Shown here one piece after another: positions 50,988 to 60,490 of a stretch of 64,000 nt of DNA. Source of the DNA: Bacteroidota bacterium (lineage in GTDB: Bacteria; Bacteroidota; Bacteroidia; Palsa-965); contig JACQAM010000009.1 in the NCBI GenBank assembly GCA_016194975.1, positions 788 to 64,787 of the forward strand. Reading direction: 5' to 3'. Each line of letters starts with the position of its first letter. The stretch's first letter is position 1. A program made the translations under genes and the position numbers. The notes below the pieces were generated by a model. The model had not been told where the DNA came from. It saw only the letters and a program-made list of their open reading frames with translations, and ran no database searches.

Positions 50988-52529
50988 CTACAACGGAATA
51001 TTTCCGTGTTTCTTTCTTGGCAATTTATCTGCTTTATTCTTCAGCATTTCAAATGCAGCAATGAGTTTTGCGCGCGTGTCTTCGGGAGCTATCACTTCAT
51101 CAATGTATCCGCGTGCGGCGGCCATGTATGGATTGGCAAATTTTTCGAGATACTCTTTTTCTTTTTCTTTCAGTTTTGCAACCGGATCTTTCGCCGCAGA
51201 AATTTCATTTTTGAAAATAATTTCTGCTGCTCCTTTCGCGCCCATCACCGCAATTTCTGCGGTAGGCCATGCGTAATTCATGTCGGCGCCAATGTGTTTT
51301 GAATTCATCACATCGTATGCGCCACCGTACGCCTTGCGCGTGATCACGGTTACGCGCGGAACGGTTGCTTCGCAGAAAGCGTAAAGTAATTTTGCTCCGT
51401 TGGAAATGATCGCATTCCATTCCTGGTCGGTGCCGGGAAGAAATCCGGGAACGTCTTCGAAAACCAGCAGTGGAATATTGAATGAATCGCAGAAGCGGAC
51501 AAAGCGCGCTGCCTTTATGGACGAATGAATATCGAGTACGCCGGCGAGAACTGCAGGTTGATTTGCGACTATGCCAATGCTTCTTCCCGCAATGCGTGCG
51601 AATCCGACCACGATGTTTTCTGCGAAATTCTTGTGCACTTCGAGGAACGTATCGCTGTCGATGACATTATTGATCACATCGCGCATGTCATACGGCTGAT
51701 TCGGATTTTCCGGGATGAGATCGTTGAGCGCCGAACGTTTTTCATCGGAAGATTCGTATGCATGCATAGGAACTTCTTCTTCACAATTCTGCGGCATGTA
51801 GGAAAGCAATGCACGGATATTCTGAATGCACTCCACTTCATTCGCCGCCGCAAAATGCGTGACGCCCGATTTACCTGCGTGCGTCATTGCGCCACCGAGT
51901 TCTTCCGAAGTCACTTCTTCGTGCGTAACTGTTTTTACCACGTTGGGCCCGGTGACAAACATGTAAGAAGTATTTTCCACCATGAGAATAAAATCGGTGA
52001 TGGCGGGAGAATAAACTGCGCCGCCGGCACAAGGCCCCATGATGGCGGAGATCTGCGGAACGACTCCCGATGCAATTGTATTTCTGTAAAAAATATCGGC
52101 ATACCCTCCGAGTGAAACAACACCTTCCTGTATGCGCGCGCCGCCCGAATCATTTAGCCCGATGACAGGAGCGCCGTTCTTCATAGCGAGGTCCATGATG
52201 CGGACAATTTTTTCGGCATGCGTTTCAGAAAGCGATCCGCCGAAAACGGTGAAGTCCTGCGAAAAAACATAAACAAGCCGCCCGTTTATTTTTCCGAAAC
52301 CGGTAACCACACCATCACCAGGATAAATTTCTTTGTCGAGGCCAAAATCAGTGGAGCGGTGTGTGACGAGCATTCCTATTTCTTCGAACGTTCCTTCGTC
52401 GATCAGAAAATGCAATCGTTCTCTCGCCGTGAGTTTTCCTTTCTTGTGCTGCGAGTCGATGCGTTTTTGTCCACCACCGAGATGCGCTTCGGAAATTTTA
52501 TCTTCGAGTAACCTGAGCTTGTCTTTCAT
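50988..52529 (-). CDS. pccB: acyl-CoA (propionyl-CoA) carboxylase beta subunit
   Basis: [51 protein letters not shown]. Confidence 0.93.
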   Translation of the reverse strand: MKDKLRLLEDKISEAHLGGGQKRIDSQHKKGKLTARERLHFLIDEGTFEEIGMLVTHRSTDFGLDKEIYPGDGVVTGFGKINGRLVYVFSQDFTVFGGSLSETHAEKIVRIMDLAMKNGAPVIGLNDSGGARIQEGVVSLGGYADIFYRNTIASGVVPQISAIMGPCAGGAVYSPAITDFILMVENTSYMFVTGPNVVKTVTHEEVTSEELGGAMTHAGKSGVTHFAAANEVECIQNIRALLSYMPQNCEEEVPMHAYESSDEKRSALNDLIPENPNQPYDMRDVINNVIDSDTFLEVHKNFAENIVVGFARIAGRSIGIVANQPAVLAGVLDIHSSIKAARFVRFCDSFNIPLLVFEDVPGFLPGTDQEWNAIISNGAKLLYAFCEATVPRVTVITRKAYGGAYDVMNSKHIGADMNYAWPTAEIAVMGAKGAAEIIFKNEISAAKDPVAKLKEKEKEYLEKFANPYMAAARGYIDEVIAPEDTRAKLIAAFEMLKNKADKLPRKKHGNIPL

Positions 52530-52593
52530 AAGGAGAAAATGGAGTTGCTAAGATAGAACTTAGAACTGAGAACTCGGATGCGAATCGGTGAGC

Positions 52594-52625
52594 AAAAAAA
52601 ATCCCTCCCATAATTTGGGAAGGAT
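52594..52625 (-). terminator. intrinsic terminator
   Basis: ATCCCTCCCA/TGGGAAGGAT stem with an 8-T tail on the minus strand, downstream of the CDS ending at 52650. Confidence 0.65.
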
Positions 52626-52649
52626 CCTTGAAAACGGGAATGTGAAATA

Positions 52650-54056
52650 TTAAAAATCGAGAGCGATTCCTGCGCTGAACGGATATACCACCGGGCCCTT
52701 GCTTTTTTCGAAGAGAGGAGAAAGCGCGTAAGAACCGAAGATGGTGAATTTGCCATAACCGACTCTTGCAATAATATCGTAACGGAAAGGATTCACATTA
52801 TAATCATCCCGCTGTTCGCGTTTGTAATCGTGGCCGCCGAGTTCATATTTCTGTTTGAGTTTATTATTGAAAATATTATAACCGAAATCCATTCCGGCGC
52901 CAAAGTGAAAAGAGCGGCTTGCATCATTATTATTCGTATTGAATTCAAGGAACAGCGGAACATTCACATAACACATATTCAAACGGTTCTTGAGATAATG
53001 CAATGAATCGCTGATGGCCGTGGTGTAAGAAGAATTCGGTACGAGCGAATAACTTCCTCGGAAATTATAATGATACCAGGTGAGACCGAGTCCTGTTCCG
53101 AGATTTACATTGTTGCGATAGATGTGAATATTTTTCTGCATGAGGTTCCATCCGAAAACATACGACTTCGCATAATTGAGATTCATGTATTCGAGGCCGG
53201 TAGGAAGTTCAAGTTTATTTGCCGAAGTGAGATAACCATCCACACCGAGATCAATCCCCTGCCAGTATTTGAAATCTTTGTCTTCGTTCTTTTTTTCGCG
53301 CACCGAACGTTCATCGCCATCATGCGGAGTGAGATGCACATCATAATCGCCAATGTGAAAACTGGTAGTATCATTTGAATTATTATCGTCACCACGAACA
53401 GAGATGGAAGAGGCGCCGCTTGCATTTACAACTTTCGCGGTTGCATTTCCCTGGTAATGGATGTCTGAAGCGTCGGAAGAAGTTGCGTCGAGTGAAACAT
53501 TGGCAGTAACGTGCGCTGAAGATGCACCGGTAGCAGCAACGTGTACATTATCGGCAGCAAGATCATACGCTTTGAGTGTGCCCGCGCCGGAAACAACAGC
53601 AGTAAGATTTTTTGTTGTACCAATGAATTTTACATCGCTCGCGCCGCTCAGTGTAGCGCGAACTGCATTTGACTGCACATTAATTTTAGCATCAGAAGCA
53701 CCGGAACCGGTGACTGATAAAGTATCGGTAACAAGCGGGTTCATACATTTTGTATCGGACGCGCCGCTGAGCTGAATGGAATTTATTTTTTTCACGGTGA
53801 TCTTTGCTTTCACGTCGTCACCGTGACCGGAAATATTAAGAACGCCGTTGTTGTCTACGGAAGTCGAAATATTTTTTGTTTCGTTCGCATCTCCTTCGAG
53901 AATTACAGAGTTGACATCGCCCTGTGTAATTTCTACAACGATTGGTGCAGAAATATCGAGTCCGTGAAAATCACCTACGGTGCGAACTTCAGAAGCTGTC
54001 TGCGAAAATCCGGTGATGGCGGAGAGAACAGCGAGAGTTGAAATAAATTTTTTCAT
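52650..54056 (-). CDS. DUF2807 (head GIN beta-helix) domain fused to an outer-membrane beta-barrel
   Basis: Repeated SGAS units; C-terminal half YVNVPLFLEF...RVGYG...PLF...PFSAGIALDF. Confidence 0.8.
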   Translation of the reverse strand: MKKFISTLAVLSAITGFSQTASEVRTVGDFHGLDISAPIVVEITQGDVNSVILEGDANETKNISTSVDNNGVLNISGHGDDVKAKITVKKINSIQLSGASDTKCMNPLVTDTLSVTGSGASDAKINVQSNAVRATLSGASDVKFIGTTKNLTAVVSGAGTLKAYDLAADNVHVAATGASSAHVTANVSLDATSSDASDIHYQGNATAKVVNASGASSISVRGDDNNSNDTTSFHIGDYDVHLTPHDGDERSVREKKNEDKDFKYWQGIDLGVDGYLTSANKLELPTGLEYMNLNYAKSYVFGWNLMQKNIHIYRNNVNLGTGLGLTWYHYNFRGSYSLVPNSSYTTAISDSLHYLKNRLNMCYVNVPLFLEFNTNNNDASRSFHFGAGMDFGYNIFNNKLKQKYELGGHDYKREQRDDYNVNPFRYDIIARVGYGKFTIFGSYALSPLFEKSKGPVVYPFSAGIALDF

Positions 54057-54165
54057 AATGAAATATTTTTCGGGGAATGATTTATCGTAGGACGAATGAG
54101 TGGCCGGTTTGTTACAGCTCATTCAGCGAAAAATTACATTTGGCTGGTGTTCAGAGTACTCAGTA

Positions 54166-55185
54166 CTATTTCACGTTCACAGCAGAAAATTTTCTCATGA
54201 ATTCTCCGCACACATCCACCATTTCGGCCGATCCTGCGAAGAAGGGTGTGCGCTGGTGAAGCGATTTGATCTCGATCTCGAGAATTCTTTTGAAACCATC
54301 GGTTGTTTTTCCGCCGGCTTGTTCAATAATGAATGCAATGGGATTACATTCGTAAAGCAGCCGTAATTTTCCTTTCGGTGAAGCGGCTGTTGTAGGATAA
54401 ATATAAATTCCGCCGGTGATGAGATTGCGGTGAATATCCGCAACGGCAGAACCGATGTAGCGTGATGAATAAGGACGTTTGGTAGCAGGATCTTCTTCCT
54501 GGCAATACTTGATATATTTTTTTACACCGTCAGGAAAGTGAACATAATTTCCTTCGTTGATGGAATACGTTTTTCCATCCGGATTTATTTTCATGTTGGG
54601 ATGCGAGAGGCAGAATTCACCAATGGAAGGATCGAGTGTAAAACCATTCACACCTTTTCCTGTTGTGTAAACGAGCATGGTCGATGAACCATAAATAACA
54701 TAACCGGCGGCGATCTGTTCGGTTCCGCGCTGGAGGAAATCTTCAATATTGCCCGGCCCGGAAAGAGAAATTCTCCTGTAAATGGAAAAGATGGTTCCCA
54801 CCGAAACATTCACATCAATATTCGACGACCCGTCGAGCGGATCCATGGCCACAACATATTTTGCATTTTTCGACTGCGGATTATCGACCGGGATGAGGTC
54901 TTCATTTTCTTCCGATGCAATAGCGCAGATTTCACCACCAACACTCAACGCCGCTATGAATTGTTCATTAGCAAAAACATCGAGTTTTTTCTGCACTTCG
55001 CCCTGCACGTTTGTCTCTCCGGCTTCACCGAGAATATCAGCGAGCCCGGCTTTATTCACTTCGCGGTTCACGATCTTGGCGGCAATGCCTATATCGCGCA
55101 GCAAACGCGACAGCTCTCCTTTCGCATAAGGAAAATCAGATTGTTTTTCAATGATGAATTGCCCGAGTGTTTTTACTTTGGTCAT
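54166..55185 (-). CDS. fbp: fructose-1,6-bisphosphatase class 1
   Basis: [41 protein letters not shown]. Confidence 0.96.
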   Translation of the reverse strand: MTKVKTLGQFIIEKQSDFPYAKGELSRLLRDIGIAAKIVNREVNKAGLADILGEAGETNVQGEVQKKLDVFANEQFIAALSVGGEICAIASEENEDLIPVDNPQSKNAKYVVAMDPLDGSSNIDVNVSVGTIFSIYRRISLSGPGNIEDFLQRGTEQIAAGYVIYGSSTMLVYTTGKGVNGFTLDPSIGEFCLSHPNMKINPDGKTYSINEGNYVHFPDGVKKYIKYCQEEDPATKRPYSSRYIGSAVADIHRNLITGGIYIYPTTAASPKGKLRLLYECNPIAFIIEQAGGKTTDGFKRILEIEIKSLHQRTPFFAGSAEMVDVCGEFMRKFSAVNVK

Positions 55186-55234
55186 GTTGTTCTTATTGTT
55201 TTGTAAAGATGGGAAATTTCTACTTTTGATTTTC

Positions 55235-55687
55235 ATGGAAAATATTATCATTCGGGAAGCCACCGGGACTGACATGTTTCATGTTCTGCAATTGATCAAA
55301 GAACTCGCGCATTATGAACGCGCCCCGGATGAAGTGATCCTGACCGAGCAGCAATTGATCCGCGACGGATTCGGCGATCATCCTCTTTTCTTCTGTTATG
55401 TTGCCGAAAAAGAAAATAGCATTGTGGGAATGGCGCTCTGCTACATCAATTATTCCACATGGAAAGGTCCTTGTATTTTCCTGGAAGATATCATTGTCAC
55501 GCAAAGCGAAAGAAAAAACGGGATAGGAAAATTACTTTTTGAAAAGATACTTTCTGTCGCAAAAGAAAAAAAAGTAAAACGTTTGTCATGGCAGGTGCTC
55601 GACTGGAATGAGCCGGCAATAAAGTTTTATGAAAAATATGATCCTGAAGTGATGAAGGAATGGCTGAATTACAGGATCAATCTGTGA
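55235..55687 (+). CDS. GNAT acetyltransferase (spermidine/spermine acetyltransferase-like)
   Basis: [38 protein letters not shown]. Confidence 0.9.
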   Translation: MENIIIREATGTDMFHVLQLIKELAHYERAPDEVILTEQQLIRDGFGDHPLFFCYVAEKENSIVGMALCYINYSTWKGPCIFLEDIIVTQSERKNGIGKLLFEKILSVAKEKKVKRLSWQVLDWNEPAIKFYEKYDPEVMKEWLNYRINL

Positions 55688-55714
55688 GTGAATAATTTTT
55701 TGTAGAATACCAAT

Positions 55715-55820
55715 GGAGGATGGAAGATGGACTTAGGGTTTAGTCGAAATGATAATTTCACCTTCAAAAAAATAGTCCACTTCCGTAGTCCGTAATCCAT
55801 CCTCCGGTAATCCGTAATTT
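55715..55820. repeat. heptamer-built intergenic inverted repeat
   Basis: GGAGGATGGAAGATGGACT pairs with AGTCCGTAATCCATCCTCC (16/19). Confidence 0.6.
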
Positions 55821-55828
55821 CGTTCCCG

Positions 55829-57109
55829 ATGAAAGTTTTCAAATTCGGTGGCGCTTCCGTAAAAGATGCTGATGCCGTTCGCAACGTGGCAAAGATCCTT
55901 GGCCGATTTTCCGGGGAAAATATTGTGGTGATCATTTCTGCAATGGGAAAAACCACCAATGCACTCGAGCGGCTTGCCTATGCTTTTTTTTACGGAAAAG
56001 AAAATGCCACAGAAATTCTTGCTGAAATAAAAGATTTTCACTGGAAGATAGCACGCGAACTTTTCGGTTCCGAAGATCATACGTTCTTCACAGAATTGCA
56101 CAATGCGTTCGTTGAACTGGAATGGGCGGTGGATGGAAAACCCGAACATTCTTTCGATCATGAATATGACCAGGTTGTTTCTATCGGAGAAATTCTTTCC
56201 ACGAAGATCATCAGTGCATATCTCAGCAGCGCGGGTGTGAAAAATAAATGGCTCGATGTGCGTGACGTGGTGAAAACAGATAATACGTTCCGTGAAGGAA
56301 AAGTAGATTGGGCATTCACGGAAGAATGTGCGAAGAAATGCGTTGCCGGATTTTTTTCACACGGAAAAGAACAGGTCATTATCACACAAGGATTCATCGC
56401 CTGCACTTCAGAAAATTTCACCACCACGCTCGGGCGCGAAGGATCGGATTACACTTCTGCAATTCTTGCTTATTGCCTCAACGCAGAAAGTGTAACGATT
56501 TGGAAAGATGTGCCCGGTGTACTTAATGCCGATCCGAAATGGTTCGATGAAACACAACTTATTTCCGAGCTCACTTACCAGGATGCAATCGAGCTTACGT
56601 ATTATGGCGCAACCGTCATTCACCCTAAAACCATAAAACCGCTGCAGAATAAGAATATTCCTCTTTTCGTCCGCTCGTTTCTCGAGCCGGAAAAAACAGG
56701 AACGAAGATTCACGATGCGCATGTGCCGCTTCCGGTTCCATGTTTTATTTTCAAGGTGAACCAGGTTTTACTTTCCATTTCACCGAAAGATTTTTCTTTC
56801 ATCGTGGAAGAGAATCTCAGCGAGATATTCAACATGTTCGCATCGCATCGCATAAAAATGAATGTCATGCTCAATTCAGCCATCAGTTTTTCCGTAAGTG
56901 TGGATGGAGATGAGCGAAAACTTCCGGAACTGATAAAGGAACTGCGCGAAAAATTCCGCGTACTCTACAATGAAAATGTGGAACTGGTCACCATCCGTTA
57001 TTATGATCAGCCCACCATTGATCGTGTGACCGCAGGAAAAAGAATTTTTCTCGAAGTGAAATCACGTTACACGGTTCAGATCGTTATGAAAGACCTGAAT
57101 GAAAAATGA
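55829..57109 (+). CDS. lysC: aspartate kinase
   Basis: KFGGAS, SAMGKTT, TTLGREGSDY, DVPGV..ADP, GATVIHP. Confidence 0.93.
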   Translation: MKVFKFGGASVKDADAVRNVAKILGRFSGENIVVIISAMGKTTNALERLAYAFFYGKENATEILAEIKDFHWKIARELFGSEDHTFFTELHNAFVELEWAVDGKPEHSFDHEYDQVVSIGEILSTKIISAYLSSAGVKNKWLDVRDVVKTDNTFREGKVDWAFTEECAKKCVAGFFSHGKEQVIITQGFIACTSENFTTTLGREGSDYTSAILAYCLNAESVTIWKDVPGVLNADPKWFDETQLISELTYQDAIELTYYGATVIHPKTIKPLQNKNIPLFVRSFLEPEKTGTKIHDAHVPLPVPCFIFKVNQVLLSISPKDFSFIVEENLSEIFNMFASHRIKMNVMLNSAISFSVSVDGDERKLPELIKELREKFRVLYNENVELVTIRYYDQPTIDRVTAGKRIFLEVKSRYTVQIVMKDLNEK

Positions 57110-57214
57110 AAATAAAAGCAAGCGTCAAATTCCAACCGGAGTCATTTTCTAAAAATATTTTTTTGGAATTTGTTTTTTGTTTTTTTGAGATTTTATACAA
57201 ATTACCGGAATCAA

Positions 57215-57874
57215 ATGAGTAAACCTGTCCGCATAGCGCTTGCCGACGATCATCCTTTGTATCTCGAAGGACTGGAAATGCTTTTAAATTCATCGAAGGA
57301 AGCGAAAGTGGTGGCCAAAGCAAATGAAGGCAATGCGGCGATGAAAATGATCGGCGAAAACGAATTCGACATTTTATTGCTCGATCTTCATTTGCCGGGA
57401 AAAAGCGGGATGGAAATTGCTACGGAACTCGGAAAGAAGAAAATTAATTTCAGGATCATCATGCTCACGATGCAGCGCGGCGGGCGTTACGTGGATAAAC
57501 TGAAAAAGCTCGGCGTGAAAGGATACTTACTGAAAAATATTTCCATGGAAGAATTGATGAAAGCGATCGTTCTTGTGAATGAAGGAGGTGAAATATTTCC
57601 TGATGAGACAAAAGAATATGATCATGATGAAGATGTGCTCTTGCGTTCATCGGCCATTATCATCGAAAATCCCGATGCGCAACTCACGGAACGCGAAAAA
57701 GAAATTCTCGTTCTCGTGTGTAAAGAATTCTCGAGCGCCGAGATCGGAAAAAAATTATTCATCAGCACAGGAACCGTGGACACACACCGGAAAAATATTC
57801 TTCTCAAGCTCGGTGTGAGCAATGCCGTAGGATTGGTGAAGTATGCGCTGAAGCATGGGTTACTGGAAGAGTAG
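57215..57874 (+). CDS. NarL/LuxR family response regulator (REC + HTH)
   Basis: ADDH, LLDLHLP, YLLK; LTEREKEIL...TVDTHRKNIL. Confidence 0.93.
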   Translation: MSKPVRIALADDHPLYLEGLEMLLNSSKEAKVVAKANEGNAAMKMIGENEFDILLLDLHLPGKSGMEIATELGKKKINFRIIMLTMQRGGRYVDKLKKLGVKGYLLKNISMEELMKAIVLVNEGGEIFPDETKEYDHDEDVLLRSSAIIIENPDAQLTEREKEILVLVCKEFSSAEIGKKLFISTGTVDTHRKNILLKLGVSNAVGLVKYALKHGLLEE

Positions 57875-57875
57875 G

Positions 57876-57942
57876 GGGAACGAATTGCGAACTTCGCGCC
57901 TCTTCTGTTTCTCGCCAGGCGCGAAGTTCGCAATCCGTTCCC
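57876..57942. repeat. 26-bp-stem hairpin (REP-like)
   Basis: GGGAACGAATTGCGAACTTCGCGCCT / AGGCGCGAAGTTCGCAATCCGTTCCC, 1 mismatch. Confidence 0.75.
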
Positions 57943-57947
57943 GTCCC

Positions 57948-57969
57948 AAAATCCCTTTTTACAGGATTG
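57948..57969. promoter_or_regulatory. putative LuxR/NarL operator, copy 1
   Basis: AAAATCCCTTTTTACAGGATTG, imperfect palindrome, 18/22 identical to 60311-60332. Confidence 0.5.
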
Positions 57970-58000
57970 AAAATAATTTTTTCCCGCCGCAACTTGCGGC

Positions 58001-58201
58001 ATGATTTCGAAAGAACTTTCAGGAAGGGAAAAAGAAATACTGTTGCTGGTGTGTGCGGAGATGTCGGCCGAAGAAATAGGAGAGAAGCTGAGCATAAGCC
58101 CGTGCACCGTTTATACACACCGGAAAAATATTCTTGCAAAGACCGGGTCGAAAAATAAAATAGGGTTGGTAAAATACGCGATCAGAAAAGGAATGATCTG
58201 A
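58001..58201 (+). CDS. LuxR-type HTH-only protein (66 aa)
   Basis: LSGREKEILLLVC...TVYTHRKNIL...GLVKYA; closely resembles the HTH of the upstream regulator. Confidence 0.8.
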   Translation: MISKELSGREKEILLLVCAEMSAEEIGEKLSISPCTVYTHRKNILAKTGSKNKIGLVKYAIRKGMI

Positions 58202-60268
58202 TCAGGAAATTATTTTCGCGGTGAATGTACTTCCGGAAGAAGAACTTTCTATGCTGAGTTCTCCTCCCATCTTCGATAAATATTCTTTCACAAGCCCGAG
58301 GCCAAGACCCGTTCCGCTTTCACCCATGGTTCCTTTCGAAGATCCTACCGTTTTTCTCTGTTGAATTTTTTGCAGTACATCAACAGGAATTCCGGCGCCA
58401 TGATCAGTGATTGAAATTGAAACTGCATTCTTTTCTTTTGCAACGCGAATGACGACTTGGGTATTTTCCGGTGAGAATTTGATCGCATTGCTGATGAGAT
58501 TTCTCAGGACCAGCCGCAGCATATTCTTGTCGGTATTCACCATGATATTTTTTTCACCGTTGACGATCATGGAAATTTTCTTCAGCGCGCAATGTGCATC
58601 GTATAGGCCCGCCTGCTCGCGAATGATCTCGCCGGGCGAAAAAATTTCTTTCCGCACATTCACGCCCATGCGCTGGAGCGCCGACCAGTGAAGAAGATTA
58701 TCGAGAAAACCCTGCAGCGGTTGAATGGAACGATCCAGTTTTTCAAATGAATCCGAGAGTTGTTCGCGCGACATATTTTCTTTCTGAGCAAGCACGGCCT
58801 GGTTGTAATTGCTGATCGCTTTCACCGGGTTCGAGAGATCATGCGAGATGATGGAAAATAATTTATCCTTCGAATGATTAAGCTCGGTAAGTTCATCTTC
58901 CGATTCAATGAGTTTTTTGTTCAGTTCTTTGAGCGTATTATTCTGCGCGGTGATCTGGTTATTTTTTTCTTCCAGTTTTTTTGCGCTGTTCTTTTTCGAA
59001 CGGTAGGCATAGAAAGAGAAAGCGAGGATAAGCGCAAGAATTCCTACACCGGAAAAAAGAAAAACATTCTGTGTTTTTTCTTCGGCAAGAGCGAGATCGC
59101 GTTCACGTCCTTTTGCTTTCAGGTCGAGGTTTTCTTTTTCTTTTTGTGCGGTTTGAAATTTCACCTGCAATTCATTCAGCACTTTTAATTTCTGTTCATT
59201 GAAGATGGAATCTTTTTCTTCCTGGTAAAGTGTAAGATAGTTCAGTGCAAGATCATAACGTTTCATGTCGGAGTACAAGCGCGAATATTCCAGGTAAAGA
59301 TCGCGGCGTGTTTCGCGCCCCTGGTAAATGGTCACGAGCGAGTCGGCGCTCTTCAGCAAAGCTTCTGCTGCGGGGAATTTTTTTTCAAGGCGTTTTGTAA
59401 AAGCAAGGTCGAGCAGGCAAATAGATAACGAATTTGTTTCGCCGATCACTTTTTTCAGTTCGTAGGATTGCAGAAGATATTTTTCCGCATTCGCATAGTC
59501 GCCCGTATTCCTGTAGAGGACACCGAGGTTGAGCAAACTCTGCGACATTCCCGATTTATCACCGATGCTGTCGCGTATGTGATAGGCGTGCAGGTGAAGA
59601 ATGAGTGCGGTATCATACCGGTGAATGTCATCATAATGCGATGCGATGTTATTGAGAACTGCAGCAAAATTTTTCCATTGTTTCTGTTGCTCAAAAATAT
59701 GTTCGGCCTTCACATAATAATTCAGCGACTGTTCCGTGTCGTTCATCGCGATGAGGATAAGGCCAAGATTGTGATAAGAAACGCCGAGTGATTTCTGATC
59801 ATTTATTTTTTCACGGATGCCGGCAGAGAGGAGTACATATTTCAGCGCGGAATCGAGATCGCCTTTCTCTTTGAAATAAAGTCCGACATCGCTGTATCCA
59901 TTGGCAAGCCCGCGTTGATAATTTTCTTTTTGCGCCAATTCAATTGCTTTCCACTTGTAAGCAAACGCCGAGTCCACCTTATCCATGTGATAAAAACAAC
60001 TTCCCAGGATGGTATAGGCATCGCTCTCCCGTTTTGCATTCCCGCACTGTTTTGATTCGCGCAATAATAGTTTGCCATAATAAAATGCACTGTCTTCATT
60101 CATTCCCCAATAAGACTGCGAAAGTTTAACAAGTGTTGCAAGACGCGAAGTATCCTTCTGAACAGATAGTGCATGAAGAAGACTGTCCACTCTCTGGCGT
60201 TGTTTTGCAGCCATCGGTATTGCGAAAAATCCGGATAGCAGCAGGAAAATCAACAGGAACTTTTTCAT
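58202..60268 (-). CDS. TPR-sensor histidine kinase
   Basis: Signal peptide, TPRs, TM, H-box IISHDLSNP, N-box NLISNAIKF, DHGAGI, GTGLGL. Confidence 0.92.
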   Translation of the reverse strand: MKKFLLIFLLLSGFFAIPMAAKQRQRVDSLLHALSVQKDTSRLATLVKLSQSYWGMNEDSAFYYGKLLLRESKQCGNAKRESDAYTILGSCFYHMDKVDSAFAYKWKAIELAQKENYQRGLANGYSDVGLYFKEKGDLDSALKYVLLSAGIREKINDQKSLGVSYHNLGLILIAMNDTEQSLNYYVKAEHIFEQQKQWKNFAAVLNNIASHYDDIHRYDTALILHLHAYHIRDSIGDKSGMSQSLLNLGVLYRNTGDYANAEKYLLQSYELKKVIGETNSLSICLLDLAFTKRLEKKFPAAEALLKSADSLVTIYQGRETRRDLYLEYSRLYSDMKRYDLALNYLTLYQEEKDSIFNEQKLKVLNELQVKFQTAQKEKENLDLKAKGRERDLALAEEKTQNVFLFSGVGILALILAFSFYAYRSKKNSAKKLEEKNNQITAQNNTLKELNKKLIESEDELTELNHSKDKLFSIISHDLSNPVKAISNYNQAVLAQKENMSREQLSDSFEKLDRSIQPLQGFLDNLLHWSALQRMGVNVRKEIFSPGEIIREQAGLYDAHCALKKISMIVNGEKNIMVNTDKNMLRLVLRNLISNAIKFSPENTQVVIRVAKEKNAVSISITDHGAGIPVDVLQKIQQRKTVGSSKGTMGESGTGLGLGLVKEYLSKMGGELSIESSSSGSTFTAKIIS

Positions 60269-60310
60269 TCGCATACTTCCGAAAAATAAGCATTTCCCCA
60301 ATCAGGAAAG

Positions 60311-60332
60311 AAAATACCTAATTACGGGATTG
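60311..60332. promoter_or_regulatory. putative LuxR/NarL operator, copy 2
   Basis: AAAATACCTAATTACGGGATTG in the divergent region between the kinase and the T9SS cargo gene. Confidence 0.5.
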
Positions 60333-60490
60333 TACAGGGGGCGTAATGGACGGACATTTGAAACGAAAATCAAAAAGAAAAAAATGCGTCGCCCCGTAGT
60401 GTATTCCGAATTGCATGCGAAGATATTTCACATCACAATCGCTTTTGTAGTGGTTACTTCCCTGGCCATTTTATTTTTTGTACCGGTAAA

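Noticed and set aside
55690..55828. Lysine riboswitch upstream of lysC
   Set aside because: The region is too short, lacks the L-box consensus, and is explained by a heptamer hairpin plus a promoter octamer next to the ATG.
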